DNA of 64,000 nucleotides from Paraspadella gotoi. Its lineage: Eukaryota > Animalia > Chaetognatha. Below the pieces are notes generated by a model. It made no database searches. It was not told the DNA's origin and saw only the letters and a list, made by a program, of their open reading frames with translations. The stretch lies in NCBI GenBank assembly GCA_051294375.1, contig CM119269.1, positions 19,877,936 to 19,941,935 of the forward strand, written 5' to 3'. A program made the position numbers and the translations under genes. Each line of letters begins with the position of its first letter. Positions within the stretch are counted from its first letter, which is position 1. Shown piece after piece: positions 28,435-54,307 of the stretch.

Positions 28435-28980
28435 TTTTGCAACTGAGTCAGTCGTTCAGCAACGACGATTTTCCGGAGATGACCGAGGAGGACGTCAGAG
28501 TCAACCTTCACGAGGTTCGAGGACGGTGCTGTTGTTGCTGTTGCTGTTGTTGCTGTTGTTTCGGGGATTATTTCCTCTAGTTTTTCGTGTATAGGAATTT
28601 TCTATTTTTCTAATTTTATACGCGGAATTTTTCTATAGATTTTGGTTTTCTGGTTTTTTTTTTTTTTTACCTCTGGAAAATTGATATTTATTGGATATAT
28701 ATGTTTCTTCGATTCTGCATAGTATATTAACGTTATTGAGTCCTGGTTTTAAACAACTTTTCCTTCCATCTGCCAGCTGCTCACCCAACGACATCTGCCC
28801 TACCCGATGCCACCGCCACGCCCATCGACCGACGGTGCCGCCGAGTCGTCTCAAATTTGCCCAACGGCGCCAGATTCTCCACGCGCTCGATTCTTGGAAC
28901 AGGCCCTCGCTCGCGCCCTCGATATGCCCGGCAGGGGACACCCCCAGCCGTTGCCCGAATCGGCCTTCAGTCGACTTTGA
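14880..28980 (+). CDS. Large low-complexity, intrinsically disordered protein (~1630 aa) with many Tyr motifs, poly-His/Gln and a short coiled coil; no recognisable domain
   Basis: 12 GC-rich exons: 14880-15057, 16634-16740, 20229-20378, 20937-21072, 21601-22370, 22572-23167, 25048-25912, 26057-26709, 26786-27167, 27393-27920, 28179-28514, 28777-28980. All are GT-AG and phase-consistent, giving 4905 nt from MKLKDLMSHSLPRSF to ESAFSRL*. Alternative same-phase donors are possible at 21084 and 23095. Confidence 0.8.
17083..18431 (-). CDS. Small type-I membrane protein with one PAN/Apple-like domain (~196 aa), nested antisense in intron 2 of the large gene
   Basis: Exons 18431-18367, 18059-18021, 17955-17840 and 17453-17083 total 591 nt and are phase-consistent; the donor of the 65-nt intron (gtttaa) is weak. 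Signal peptide MNKFGQILLILAITSVSS; TREECEDKC...WPCKGYVF...NLCELY fits the PAN cysteine pattern; TM ISALFIFLILVFFLLIYF followed by RCC. Confidence 0.75.
17580..17856. repeat. Minisatellite, ~10 units of cctttgcacggccaga(ctta)n
   Basis: Directly visible; unit length varies from ~21 to 36 nt with the number of ctta. Confidence 0.95.
23451..23522 (+). mobile_element. Helentron/DINE-1-like (HINE) terminus; related ends at ~4445, ~15372, ~31441 and ~60697
   Basis: T-run + agatgcg...actctataagtcacttttt + (gtcg/gtct)n tetranucleotides. The core taagtcac with similar flanks recurs five times. The family assignment rests on architecture only. Confidence 0.55.
24299..24465. mobile_element. Perfect 167-bp palindrome; Penelope-like pLTR remnant with a minimal hammerhead core on each strand
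   Basis: 83-bp arms around a24382. The plus strand reads CTGATGA-aGGCTT gagttgt GAGCC-GAAA-CATGTC (24387-24421) followed by AATAAA. Confidence 0.8.
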
Positions 28981-30675
28981 AGGGGCTCTTTTCTGCATTC
29001 GAATAATTAAGGAATGGGCTCATCTGTACTGAACCCAATCTCGAGAAATAAGAATTTTAGGACCCACTCAATTTTCCGTTAACCGCGCCCTTGGCCTTAC
29101 CGGATCCTTTTCGTGCCTCGTTCACAGTCTCTGCAAATTGTGATGAAAGAGAAGAATCATCAATAAAAAACAACACATCAAAACACATAAAAAACCAAAC
29201 AAAACAGGACAAAAAGCAATCACTCACTTTCGACTTAGTCAAAAAAGTGTGTCCATCGAACTATGCCTGAAAGATGTGCGCGAGCAGATAGAATGTTTAA
29301 TTTTTATGGTAGATAAGCATTTTTTTATTTATTTATTTATTGAAAAAAATAAATTTTACTTATTTCTATTTATGTTTTTTTGAGATAATGCATCATCAGA
29401 TTGACCGAAAGATGAAAGTGAAAAATTCTACCAATGGAGACTGCAAAGAATGGCTTTTTAAAAGAATTGGATCTAGAGTAGACCATAAATGGCGCTTTGA
29501 ATCAACGATCATATAAACTTTTTTTATTTTCCTGCCCAATTCAGTAATCCTGTTGTCGAACAAGTAATATGTTACTCAAAATGACGATGTAAATCCGGAA
29601 AAGATCAAACAGCTTCGTGATATCTGGTTTTGTGATAACGACTAATGATGTAATTTGTTCAAACGCACTCAATGTATAAGTACTTAAATGTTCTTTAAGT
29701 TTAAGCACCCACATATGTTGAATGTTATTAAACCGATAAATTGTTTTCTTTTAACCTTACTCTCGGTCGTTCAGTGTTATACATTTTCCCAAAGAACAAA
29801 AATAAAAAGATAAAATCTCCCTCATCTTAAAAAATATGCCTTATAGGTTCGGCCGAGCGCCTTCGAGTAGGAAAGTATTATTTTTTTACCGAATGATTAA
29901 AACAATTTACCAGTATAATTTAAATATAAACTGGACATAAAATAAAAGCTAAAGTTATAACTCCTAAATACTGATCAAACATTTATAGCACTATATAAAT
30001 AATGCTATTTAGGTGGAGAAAGGCGTTGGGTCGGGGAAATACGGCAAAGCGTTACTAACTTGTGTTTTCACCTTCATTCCATCTCGTTTGTCGGTAGTAG
30101 TAATGAAATATCAAAAGTAAATAAAAACGAAAAAAAAATTCTCAGACGCATGTTTAAAGTTCCATGTACTCGGTGCACTGGTTATAACTTTTTCGATTAA
30201 CGATAACATTCCATATATGTATGATTTTTTTGTTAAAGTTATGAAAATTCAACAAATTAAACTGTCGTCGATAAAAATGGGGAGTCACTTAAAGTGAAAA
30301 ATGCCCCCGATCCCAATCTTCGTCAAAAAAACCTCTTAATAGAAAATACAAGCGAATAGTAATGTATCGTGAAGTATACAAAGTAGTTTCCCCAAAGTAA
30401 AAAAAAGATATTTTTTGCTTCCTATTTCATCACCGTTTGTTAATTACAATTATACAATTTTAAAAACTTACATTGCTTATTATGTTTATTTTGGAGCTTA
30501 GGATGAGCCAGGAAATAAAAAAAATCTAGGGAAAAGATGACATTAAAACTAAGATTACGATTTAGTTCGTTCATTATGTCATTCATTCTTTTTTTTCTCT
30601 GTTTTTCTCTCTTTCTCTCTAGGTATCCTTCGCGCTATCAGTTAGATAACAAGAGGATGATCTTAAAAAGAGAAA

Positions 30676-30677
<2 letters not shown>

Positions 30678-30749
<72 letters not shown>
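30678..30749. repeat. (AAT)n microsatellite
   Basis: About 24 tandem aat units. Confidence 0.95.
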
Positions 30750-30751
<2 letters not shown>

Positions 30752-31022
30752 GTTTCGAGCGATCAAATTGAAACGCGACATGGAGAGTCTTTCTTCCAAT
30801 TTTCCGCCTCGAAAACAAAGTGTAGAAAAATTTGGCAGAAGAAAACTCGTTTAGCGTCGAGGAAGGAATTTAACGCGGGGGAAAAAAAAAATAATTTGTC
30901 CTATTGCCCACACTATATTAATATTTATACGAGAGAAGAAAAACCAAAAAAAAAAGTAGCAGGAGTAGAAGTAGGGAAAAGAATAAGAGTCTCCGCCCGG
31001 TGGGAGGAGCGAGGATTTCATC

Positions 31023-44648
<13,626 letters not shown>

Positions 44649-45424
44649 AAAAATCATTCATATGCAAGCTTTTTAATTTTTTTTTTTTTTTTTTTGAATG
44701 GTTTTAACGAGCTTTTAAAAGCTGCTTGCTCTCTTTTTTGGAATTTGATCAAAGAAGGAAAAAAAAAGAGAAAAGGGTTCAACGACTAGTGTAAGCTACG
44801 TAGATGGTTTCTTTTTAAAATTAAGCATATTAAAATTAATGAATACATTTATGAATAAATGCTAACAGTTCAAAATATTCTTGTGTTCCTTGGCGATAAA
44901 AAACGTAAGAATAGCGAAAAATTATTTTTTGACATTTTTGTCGCTACATAAGAATCTTCTTTCTTATTTTTTATGGATACCTTATGTAATTTTTTATAAT
45001 TGCAGTTAGAGAAATTAGAAAAATTCGGATACTTTTTGTAAAAAAAATTATCTATCTTCGTCGTAGTCGTCGTTGTTATCGTTGTCACCTTCGTCGACAA
45101 TGATTTCCTCATCGTCGTTTTCATCGTCGTCGTCGGTCGATCCTCCAACAGCCAACCACTTCGTCGGGCGACGGCTCGGCCGACTCGATCCGCGTTCGTC
45201 GGCGCGCGAAGCCTTCATCCTTCGCTGACTTCAGCTTCAACTTTCAGCTTCGCGATCGAAAAATCATCCACAACAACAACAACAAGAAACACCGAAATTT
45301 ATCGATTTATTTTTTTCTTCTGCTTTTCAGTTTCGCTTTTTTTTTCTTTTACACGCGTTCGTCGTGTCTGTACCCCGCGCTCTCTCCAGGTATTTCTTTA
45401 TAAAAAATTTCTACTTCTTCTTAA

Positions 45425-46408
45425 GGTCCGGGATCACTCAATTCAAATTATAATTTATCTAAAACTGAGCTCGGATTTCGAAAGGAGAGCTCCTGACGAT
45501 TCCGAAAATGTATTTACTTTTACTATTTTTTTTCAAAGGCGTCATCGTTTTTTCGATTTTTTGGTACTATATAAAAAATTAAAAGAAACCTATTTTGAAG
45601 AGTCATGCAAGCCCAAACGGTAAGGCCGGTTTCTCATGAAATTTGGCATGAATTACCTTTAAGTCACGAACTCCAATTCTATTGAAAAGATACTTTTTCA
45701 AAAATTTTTGCCTTCCTTCATATAAAATTTGATTAATTTTAAACAATTTTGGGATTAATTCCTTGATTATCTTTGAAACAAAAAACATTTTTTCAAAAAC
45801 GCGGCTCCATAGAATCCCCCCACCTTCTTTTCTTGCCCAAGATTATTTTTTCTTCAAGAAGCAGTCCAACGGTTTTGGAGCTGCAACTCTTCGTTTTAAC
45901 TTTCACTTTGTCAAAGAAAGCTCAAATTCTGCTACTCATTAAACTCATTAAACACTCTACATAAAGTAAAAAGTCAAATTGAAATAAAATTCGATAAGTT
46001 TTTTAACTTCTTAAAAACTCATTAAAAAGCTATAAAAACCCGTCTGGAAAATGTGTAGTAGTTTAATTTTAGACTTATTAGTGATACAACTCCAAGTATG
46101 TACTTTTACCAAAGGCAGGAATTAAATATAAGAAGTAAGAAATTGAGCTTACTGCTAAAGAATCAGGTTGAGTTTTAAAAATTTAGCTTGAGAAATTTTA
46201 ACTTACATAATAAAAATTATTTTCTCTTGAAAATCTAGTTTTACCCGAAGAAAAAATTATGTTTAAATTTTTATGAACATTTTATTAGATTTTTAAAAAG
46301 TTTTCGTTTATTTTGTCAAATAGAAAACCTCTTTACAAGATATGAGAAAAATGATTAAGATATAGTAAATTACGATTTCTATAATTTTAGATTGAGTGAT
46401 CCCTGGCC
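45425..46408. mobile_element. Kolobok-like non-autonomous TIR element, tandem copy 1
   Basis: ttaa|GGTCCGGGATCACTCAAT...ATTGAGTGATCCCTGGCC|ttta; near-identical to the copy at 46527. Confidence 0.75.
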
Positions 46409-46526
46409 TTTATTTTTTCTTCTGCTTTTCAGTTTCGCTTTTTTTTTCTTTTACACGCGTTCGTCGTGTCTGTACCCCGCGCTCTCTCCAGGTATTTCTT
46501 TATAAAAAATTTCTACTTCTTCTTAA

Positions 46527-47472
46527 GGTCCGGGATCACTCAATTCAAATTATAATTAGGCTAAAACTGAGCTCGGATTTCGAAAGGAGAGCTCCTGACG
46601 ATTCCGAAAATGTATTTACTTTACTATTTTTTCAAAGGCGTCATCGTTTTTTCGATTTTTTTGGTACTATATAAAATAAAAGAAACCTATTTGAAGAGTT
46701 GCAGCCCAAACGGTAAGGCGGTTTCTCATGAAATTTGGCATGAATTACCTTTAAGTCACGAACTCCAATTCTATGAAAAGATACTTTCAAAATTTGCCTT
46801 CCTTCATATAAAATTTGATTATTTTAAACAATTTTTTGGATTAATTCCTTGATATCTTTGAAACAAAAAACATTTTTTCAAAAACGCGCTCATAGAATCT
46901 CCCCCACCTTTCTTTTCTTGCCCAAGATATTTTTTTCTTCAAGAAGAGTCCAACGGTTTGAGCTGCAACTCTTCGTTTTTAACTTCACTTTGTCAAGAAA
47001 GTCAAATTCTGTACTCATTAAACTCATTAAACATCTACATAAAGTAAAAAGTCAAATTGAAATAAATTCGATAAGTTTTTTAACTTCTAAAACTCATAAA
47101 AGTTATAAAAACCCGTCTGGAAAATGTGTAGTAGTTTATTTTAGACTTATTAGTGATACAACTCCAAGTATGTACTTTTACCAAAAGGAGGAATTAAATA
47201 TAAGAAGTAGAAATTAGCGCTTACTGTAAAGAATCAGGTTTGAGTTAAAAATTTAGTTGAGAATTTAACTTACAAATAAAAAATTATTTTTCTCTTGAAA
47301 ATCTAGTTTTACCGAAGAAAAAATTATGTTTAAATTTTTATGAACATTTTATTTAGATTTTTAAAAGTTTTCGATTATTTTTCAATAGAAAACCTCTTAC
47401 AAGATATGAGAAAATGAATTAAGATATAGTAAATTAAGATTTCTATAATTTTAGATTGAGTGATCCCTGGCC
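46527..47472. mobile_element. Kolobok-like non-autonomous TIR element, tandem copy 2
   Basis: ~28-bp imperfect TIRs, GG...CC termini, TTAA on both sides (46523-26 and 47473-76), no long ORF. Confidence 0.8.
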
Positions 47473-48520
47473 TTAACCCTTTTTCTATAATCATTAACCA
47501 CTAATCTCGTGGCTATACATACTTTACGACCTTTACGTAAACGGTAAATAGTTTTGAACCTTTGAATACCCATAGTATGGCCCCGTATTTGCCATCTTCA
47601 TTTCCGAATAGCGATAACTGTTTAAGAGATATTGGATTATTGGATAATAGAGATTATTTATGTCCTTTATAATTCGAGAAGATTTTAAGCTAAAAGTGAA
47701 AACAATTATTAGCCGTTGAGGCACTACAGTGACTACTCGATCTTGATTTTTGGTTTAACTTTTAAATACTTTAAAAATAGTATGAATCATACTATGATAC
47801 TATGATACTAAGAATGAAACAGTAGATCCAGTGAGAACGTATGAATAAATCAACCTTCTGCAATATCAAATATCAAATATCAAATAAAAAATAAAACGTA
47901 AATCTAACTATTTTTAACTAACTTTCCTATTTTTGCTTCTTCGAAATATCAATATATATATACACCAACAATTATCAAAAAAGCTTTATAGGCAAGACAA
48001 AAAAATAAGGAAAACCGATAAAATTGATAAAATCCAGTCGCGTTACGGCGAGCGTCGGGTCGAGAGTACAACTACTTTTTTTAAAGATTCTTTTCTTCAT
48101 TTCAATGTTGTTTTTTAAAGTGAGGTTAAATATTAAATATAAAGCGAAGTACGACGCTTGTGAGGAAAAATACGCACTTAAAAGCAGCGGAGAGAGAAAG
48201 ATGAATGCCTGAGGCCCTGAAAGGTATAAAAGAATGAGATGAACAGGCGGCAGAAAAGGGAGAAAATTGGAGAAAGGAAAAGACAGAATTAGAGATTAGA
48301 CGTGATTCAATCAATTTTAAAGCGATTTATCCGAGTTTTTTTTTTTTTTTTAATGGGAAAATTATTTAACGGTTTCAACGCAATTCCTAAACCCAACTAT
48401 TAATCGAGAATTATAGTTTTAAACTTTTTCTCTTGTTTAATTAATTAAAAAAAGAATTTAATTACTTTATTATTTTATCAGAGTTGAATCCTTCGGAAGG
48501 AAAGTTTTAAAGAAATCAAA

Positions 48521-49636
48521 ATGGGTAAGAAAGTGACTTCGAAGGAGGGAATGGTCGCCGAGGTGAAGAAGAAGATCACCGAAATGCAGGTCAGGTCAAA
48601 TTCGGCGATGCAATCATTCCGATTTACGTAGCTTTTACCACATTCACTTTTTTTAAAAATAAATATCAAGATTATTCATTTATTCATTCATTCGATTATT
48701 CATTTATTCCTTAATTTGGTTATTAAATTTATTAATTCAATTCAGTTCGAGTTGGACAAAATGAGCGACGAAGTTGACAACTTGAACAAGAAGTTGGAAG
48801 AGGAACGTGCTCTAAGAGAAACGGTGAGACGTCGCAGACCCGCTTTTCTATTTAGATCTATAAAATTTAAATACTGTTTAATAAATAGTATTTATCAATT
48901 ATAACACCGGCTTTTCAGGATTTTCAGCGCGTCTTATCCTTAAAAAAAAAAAAAATTTATATATTTATATATATTGTTTAATAATTGACATTCACTACCG
49001 CGGATTTTGTAACCCACCCTTTGTCCGACCCGCAGGCCGAGAGCGAGGTCTTGGCTCTTCACCGCAAGATCCAATTGGTGGAGGAAGACTTCGACCGAAC
49101 GGAAGAAAAGTTGAAGGAGGTCACCGAGAAATACGAGGAATCAGCTCAGGCGGCCGACGATTCGGAGAGGTTGGGGGGGGGGAGGGGAAGGAGAGAAGGA
49201 AGAAAGGAGAGGAGGAGGGAGAAAGGGCGGGAGGAATGGGTACCAGGGATCGGGACGGGTGGCGAAGATGCAAAATATGATTATACTTTTTTTTATTTGT
49301 CAAATTTAACTTTGTTTCTTTGATATTTAAGCAATTTTCTATTTCCTATAACTTATAACTATAAGTTTAATTTAACTTCTTCCTCAGTCATTTCTTCTGA
49401 ATCTTTTTTTTTTTTTTTTCCAACCTTGAGACTTTCCCTTGATTTCCACTTTTTCTGACCACCAGAGCGCGAAAGGTGCTGGACAACCTCAACATGAATA
49501 ACGAGGAGAGAGTGGAGAAGTTGGACGCCGCCCTCACTGAGGCTCAGATGATCGCCGAAGACTCGGACAAGAAGTACGACGAGGTAAGGAGGATGATTAA
49601 TGATGATGATGATAATTATTGATGATTGATAATGAA

Positions 49637-49668
<32 letters not shown>

Positions 49669-51508
49669 CGATGACGATGACGATGATGATGATGATGATG
49701 ATGATAAGGATTACGAAAATGAGACGTTGACTTTTAGAAAACAAATTGAGGATGAATAGTAAATGAAGATAATATTTGTGGTATAAAATATTAATTAAAT
49801 AAATTTTCCTAATCTGAAGTTTAATTATTTTTTTATATTTTCAACAAAGAAATTAAGAAATTAATTCAAACGTTTCTGGTTTGAACGACTTTATAATTTA
49901 GATGGTTTGTAGAATGAAATGTTTTGCATGATAGCCTAATGGCATTATGGCATGTTGGCATGATTGTTGGGTCGCACCAAATTACACTAATTAATTGCAT
50001 TGGCATGACGGACGTAAATGGCATTAAGCCATACTATTTCGCGTCACTGCGATTGCATGATTGTATTCAGCTTTAAGTTATTGCATAGTACTCGCAATTT
50101 CGCTATTGCTCTCGCATGCGAATAACTTTTCTCCTTATCCCTTTCTCCCCCCTTCCTCCCTATCCTATTTTTTCTCTGCTCACACGCGCTCCTCTCTTTC
50201 CTGTTTCCCCAATGCTCATTTGTTTTTTATCTTTCGAAACTAACGCGCGCCCTTTCGTCGCAAAACAAAACAAAAATTAAACAAAAGACTTCGCGTAAAT
50301 TGGCGATGACTGAGGTCAACCTCGAACGCAGCGTGGAGAGGGCAGAGGACGCTGAAGCGTGAGTAAAGATGTACTCAATGTAACTGTGCCGTCCATGTCC
50401 ATTGTTCAATGTCCAATGTCCAGTGTCCAGTGTCCAGTATTAACTGTCCAATGTCCATCGTCTATTGACGCAGTTATATTAGTTATATTACTACATAATA
50501 TTATTAGTGGACCAAAGATGCGGGATTGATAACATCGCCTCCTAGGTTAAATTCTTTTTTTAATTTCTAACTCATGATAATAAGATATCGATATTTTTTT
50601 TTAAATTATAAATGCCGGTCGAAAATATATTTAACAAATGATAGTCTTTTTAGAAATATTCATCAAATTGCTGACGATAATTTTCCTCTTGATCGGTCTG
50701 CAAATTAACTGTTTTGATTGCAGTTTATTTATGAAGGAAGTTTATGTAGGGAAAAATTGTAATACTAAATTTGTTTTTAGTAAAATCGGGTTACCTAATA
50801 CCTATTCTATGTAGAAAAAGCCAGGGGAAAAAAAATGACTAACGTAAAGGATATTCTGAGTAAAAAAGTAGCGTCGTGAATCGTTTGAAGAATGACCCTA
50901 AATTTAATTTTTGTGCAAAATATAAGTAGACCAAGTTTATTCGGGGCTCCCTCAATTTTCTCCTATATATTCCCCTTCGGGCCTGGATTTCCCCAGCAAC
51001 GCGAAAGAGTTGGCCGAGGAATTGCAGATTGTCAATATGAACATGAAGGAGTTGGAAGTGTCTGAGAAGCGTGCCTCCATGAAAGGCCAAGACATGGGGG
51101 TTCTCATTGCTGACCTCAGCGAAAAATTGAAGGTGAGAAGGCGAAGGAAGAAAAGAAGAAAGAGAAAAACAAGACGAAGGCTAAAAAAAAAGATTTTAAA
51201 AGGATTTGATCGGCAAAATCCTTTTTAGCCATCCGAAAGTTTTTCGAGAAATTATTATTTACAATCGCTACAGTTTAAAAAATTTCAAACTATTACCAAT
51301 ATCGCAATGATCCTTACCTAAAAATACACTCAACCGCTCTCATAAACTTCCGTCCCGCCAGTGGACCGAGAAAGACGCCTCCGAACACGAGGCCAACTGC
51401 TCCAAGCTGCTGAAGGAAGTGGAAAAGCTGGAGAAGCAGCACGACAAGATGATGGAGGACATGAACAACACCATCCATATGATGGAGACCACGCTGGACT
51501 TTTACTGA
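48521..51508 (+). CDS. TPM: Tropomyosin (short form), isoform A: shared exons plus 3' cassette A, 250 aa
   Basis: Shared exons 48521-48589, 48746-48823, 49036-49169 (134 nt, [21 protein letters not shown]...AADDSER) and 49466-49583 (118 nt, ...[11 protein letters not shown]). Cassette A: 50288-50358, 50997-51132, 51362-51508. Sizes 134/118/71 match vertebrate TPM exons 3/4/5. Confidence 0.92.
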
Positions 51509-51896
51509 GGAGGGAAACAGTTGAGAAGTTTGATTTATCGCCACGAGAATTTTAAGCATCGTTTTTGTTTATTTTCTATTTGAAATTATCCATTAAAAAG
51601 AGATATTTTAGTACAGCATTGAGTGCGTTCAGTTTTCGCGAAATTTTTTTTACCAGCGATAGTCATTCAAATTAACTTAAACCCCGTCTTTCTTTAATTC
51701 TTCGCTCATATAAGTTCTTTTTACGGCTACTCACCTGTTAAAGAGGATTCAACAAAAACATAAATTTAAACAATTATTCATGACTAACCCGCGTATGATA
51801 TTTTTGACTACCACCGAATCTGGTCAAATATCATTTCTAAACACAATAAACCCCCCCCCCATCCGTTCTCGTTCTCTATTGACTCTGCTCGACAAG

Positions 51897-53139
51897 ACTC
51901 GGCGTAGACTTTGCACCGCCGAAGTCGAGCAAGATTTGGTGAATCTCAAAAATGAAGAGTTAGATCGGTGAGTCTCACAATCCCTTCGCTTTCACTGGTC
52001 CCGGTTGTTGTTCAGTTATTCTTTTTCTTTACTCTTCTAGAGAAATTCTGTAACAAGTTTTACGTAGTTATTTGTATAATTATTTTGATGTATAAAGATA
52101 TATATAATAATCTAATATAAAAATATAATTAAAATAGTGGTGGAGAACTAGGCGTGATAAAAAAACTGAAACTATGTGAACTTTTTTAAATTCTAGTTTG
52201 TATTCTTTAAATTTGGTGTTTTAGTTTACTACATGCAAATTACTTTATTCATAAACATGAATTTCTATTCTTTTATACCGTTTCTTTTCCATCCAACAAG
52301 ACTAACAGCTTTGCCCACATTTTGGTGAATATTTCTTGATAGCATAAAATCTCGGTTTAAGGAGGCCGGGACGGATAAAACATTCATAATATTAATTGTT
52401 TAAAAACATAAAAAAAATACTTAACAGCCATAAAATATCTACAGTTTCGTTAAACTGAGGTTTAAATTGAAATGGAATTTTTCTCACGTTTTCTAATTGT
52501 AATCACTGGTCAACCTTTTCTTTATTTTGTACATTGTGGTGGTATATTGACACCGCCACAACATACTATACACGTACTACCTTGTTAAATTGCAACAATT
52601 ATATTATTAAAACTCCACTCTCATTTCCCTTTTCTCCGACCGATGCCGTCTTCTCCTCTTTACACCTTTCACCCTCCTTCCCTCGCCAACCTCTCTTTAA
52701 CTCCGCAGTCAAGTGAAAGAGTTGGAGTCAGAGTTGAAGGTGATTGGTTCCTCCATGAAAGAGATGGAGGTGGCCGAGAGCAAAGCTCTCAACGTCGAGG
52801 AAGAATGCGACAGAACCATCAGAGAACTCACCAACAAACTCAAGGTGAGTTGGAAGACGCAGAAATCGTGAAACACAAATAGATCCGCCATTTTTGTTAT
52901 GAAGAAATGTAATGATGATCTCTCTCTCTCTCTCTCTCTCTCCCTCCCCCTCTCTCCTTCCCACCCCTATCTCGCCCCCAAAATCCCAGTTGGCTGAGAA
53001 ACGTCAGTCCGAGTTCACGATGATGTCGGGCAAACTCAACAAAGACGTGGAGAGACTCGTGGCGCAGAACGAGAAGGCCTACGACGATATCAACACGGTC
53101 AACCTCATGCTGGAGCAGACGCTGGAGTCGTTCGGTTAA
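51897..53139 (+). CDS. TPM: Tropomyosin alternative 3' cassette B (251-aa isoform)
   Basis: Exons 51897-51967 (71 nt), 52709-52844 (136 nt, ELESELKVIGSSMKEMEVAE) and 52990-53139 (ends LEQTLESFG*); same phases as cassette A and no 5' exons of its own. Confidence 0.85.
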
Positions 53140-54307
53140 ATCGGAGCCGAGTGGTGGAGTCGTTAGAGAGTCTTTAGAGAGCAAGTGGAGTGGAGGTGTC
53201 ACGGGAGTGTTGGGCTTGAGATTAAAGGAAAACATATCGACGAACGAAGCGGAACGGCTGTGCAATGGTATCCCCCTCACAAAACAACCTAAAAAAAGGG
53301 AACTATTTTAAACTTAATTTTTATTTTTTGAAGTCTTTTTTTATCTGGTGAAGCCGTAAAGATTGACTTTTAAATATTGACTTTTAATCATTTTTATTAC
53401 GACTTAATCTATTTTCATGCACGAATATACAAAAGCCAATTCGAAAAAATTAGTATGAATACGATGATCTTTACTACATCTATTGCTCAAATTACATTAA
53501 TCATTCATAAAAAAAAATACAAATTAACATTATTCACCCTCTTATGCAATTGACTCGAATGTTATCATCTTTCTGTTTTATCTCTTTCGTGCGAGCTCCA
53601 AGATTTCTTCTTTTTTTTTCATTATTAATAACAGGTCACTAAATGTATTATTTAATTATTGCTGTGTTTTTTGAATGTTCATGAAAAATACGGCTTCTCG
53701 TGTTGTCGAGTCTAAACTGGCCCGTACACTCGACAAACCGAAAATGGCCGCGTGTGTTTTTAAGCTCCGTTTTTTTTTTCTTCTCTCTTTTGGTCGTTCA
53801 AATTTATTGAGAAATAAAATATTTTGCGAAATCCTACCAAAAATTTTCTTTAGCTCGTTTATCTTGCTTCCACCGAAGCATCTTTATTGCATGATAGCAT
53901 TATTGCATGTAGTAGTCATAAAAAAACGAGAATCCCTGACACCTGAGAATGATTGCACGAAACAATACACTCGGACAAATTAGCATGAGATTCAGTCTGC
54001 TTTTCTAAGACTTGGTTTGACTTTGACTTTGCTTTGAAAAAAAATGGGAAAAAAATTTTGAAAGCTTCAAGCCTGCAAGGGACAGCGATTTTTAAACGAA
54101 TACAAAATAGAAATAAGTATAAAAGAATTATATATGAATATTACTAATATTGCCGAAAAATAAAGGAGACAAAATAAAATAGAAAAATTACAAAGCGTGA
54201 TGAATGAATAAAAATATGGAAGTGATAAATAAATGCTAAAAGGATGATTGAATCAATCCATGATACTTAAAAAAGAAACTCTGTGTGATCTTCGTCCGAA
54301 TTTACAG

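Noticed and set aside
21584-28511. Numerous antisense and alternative-frame ORFs over GC-rich exons
   Set aside because: They are shadows of the large plus-strand gene.
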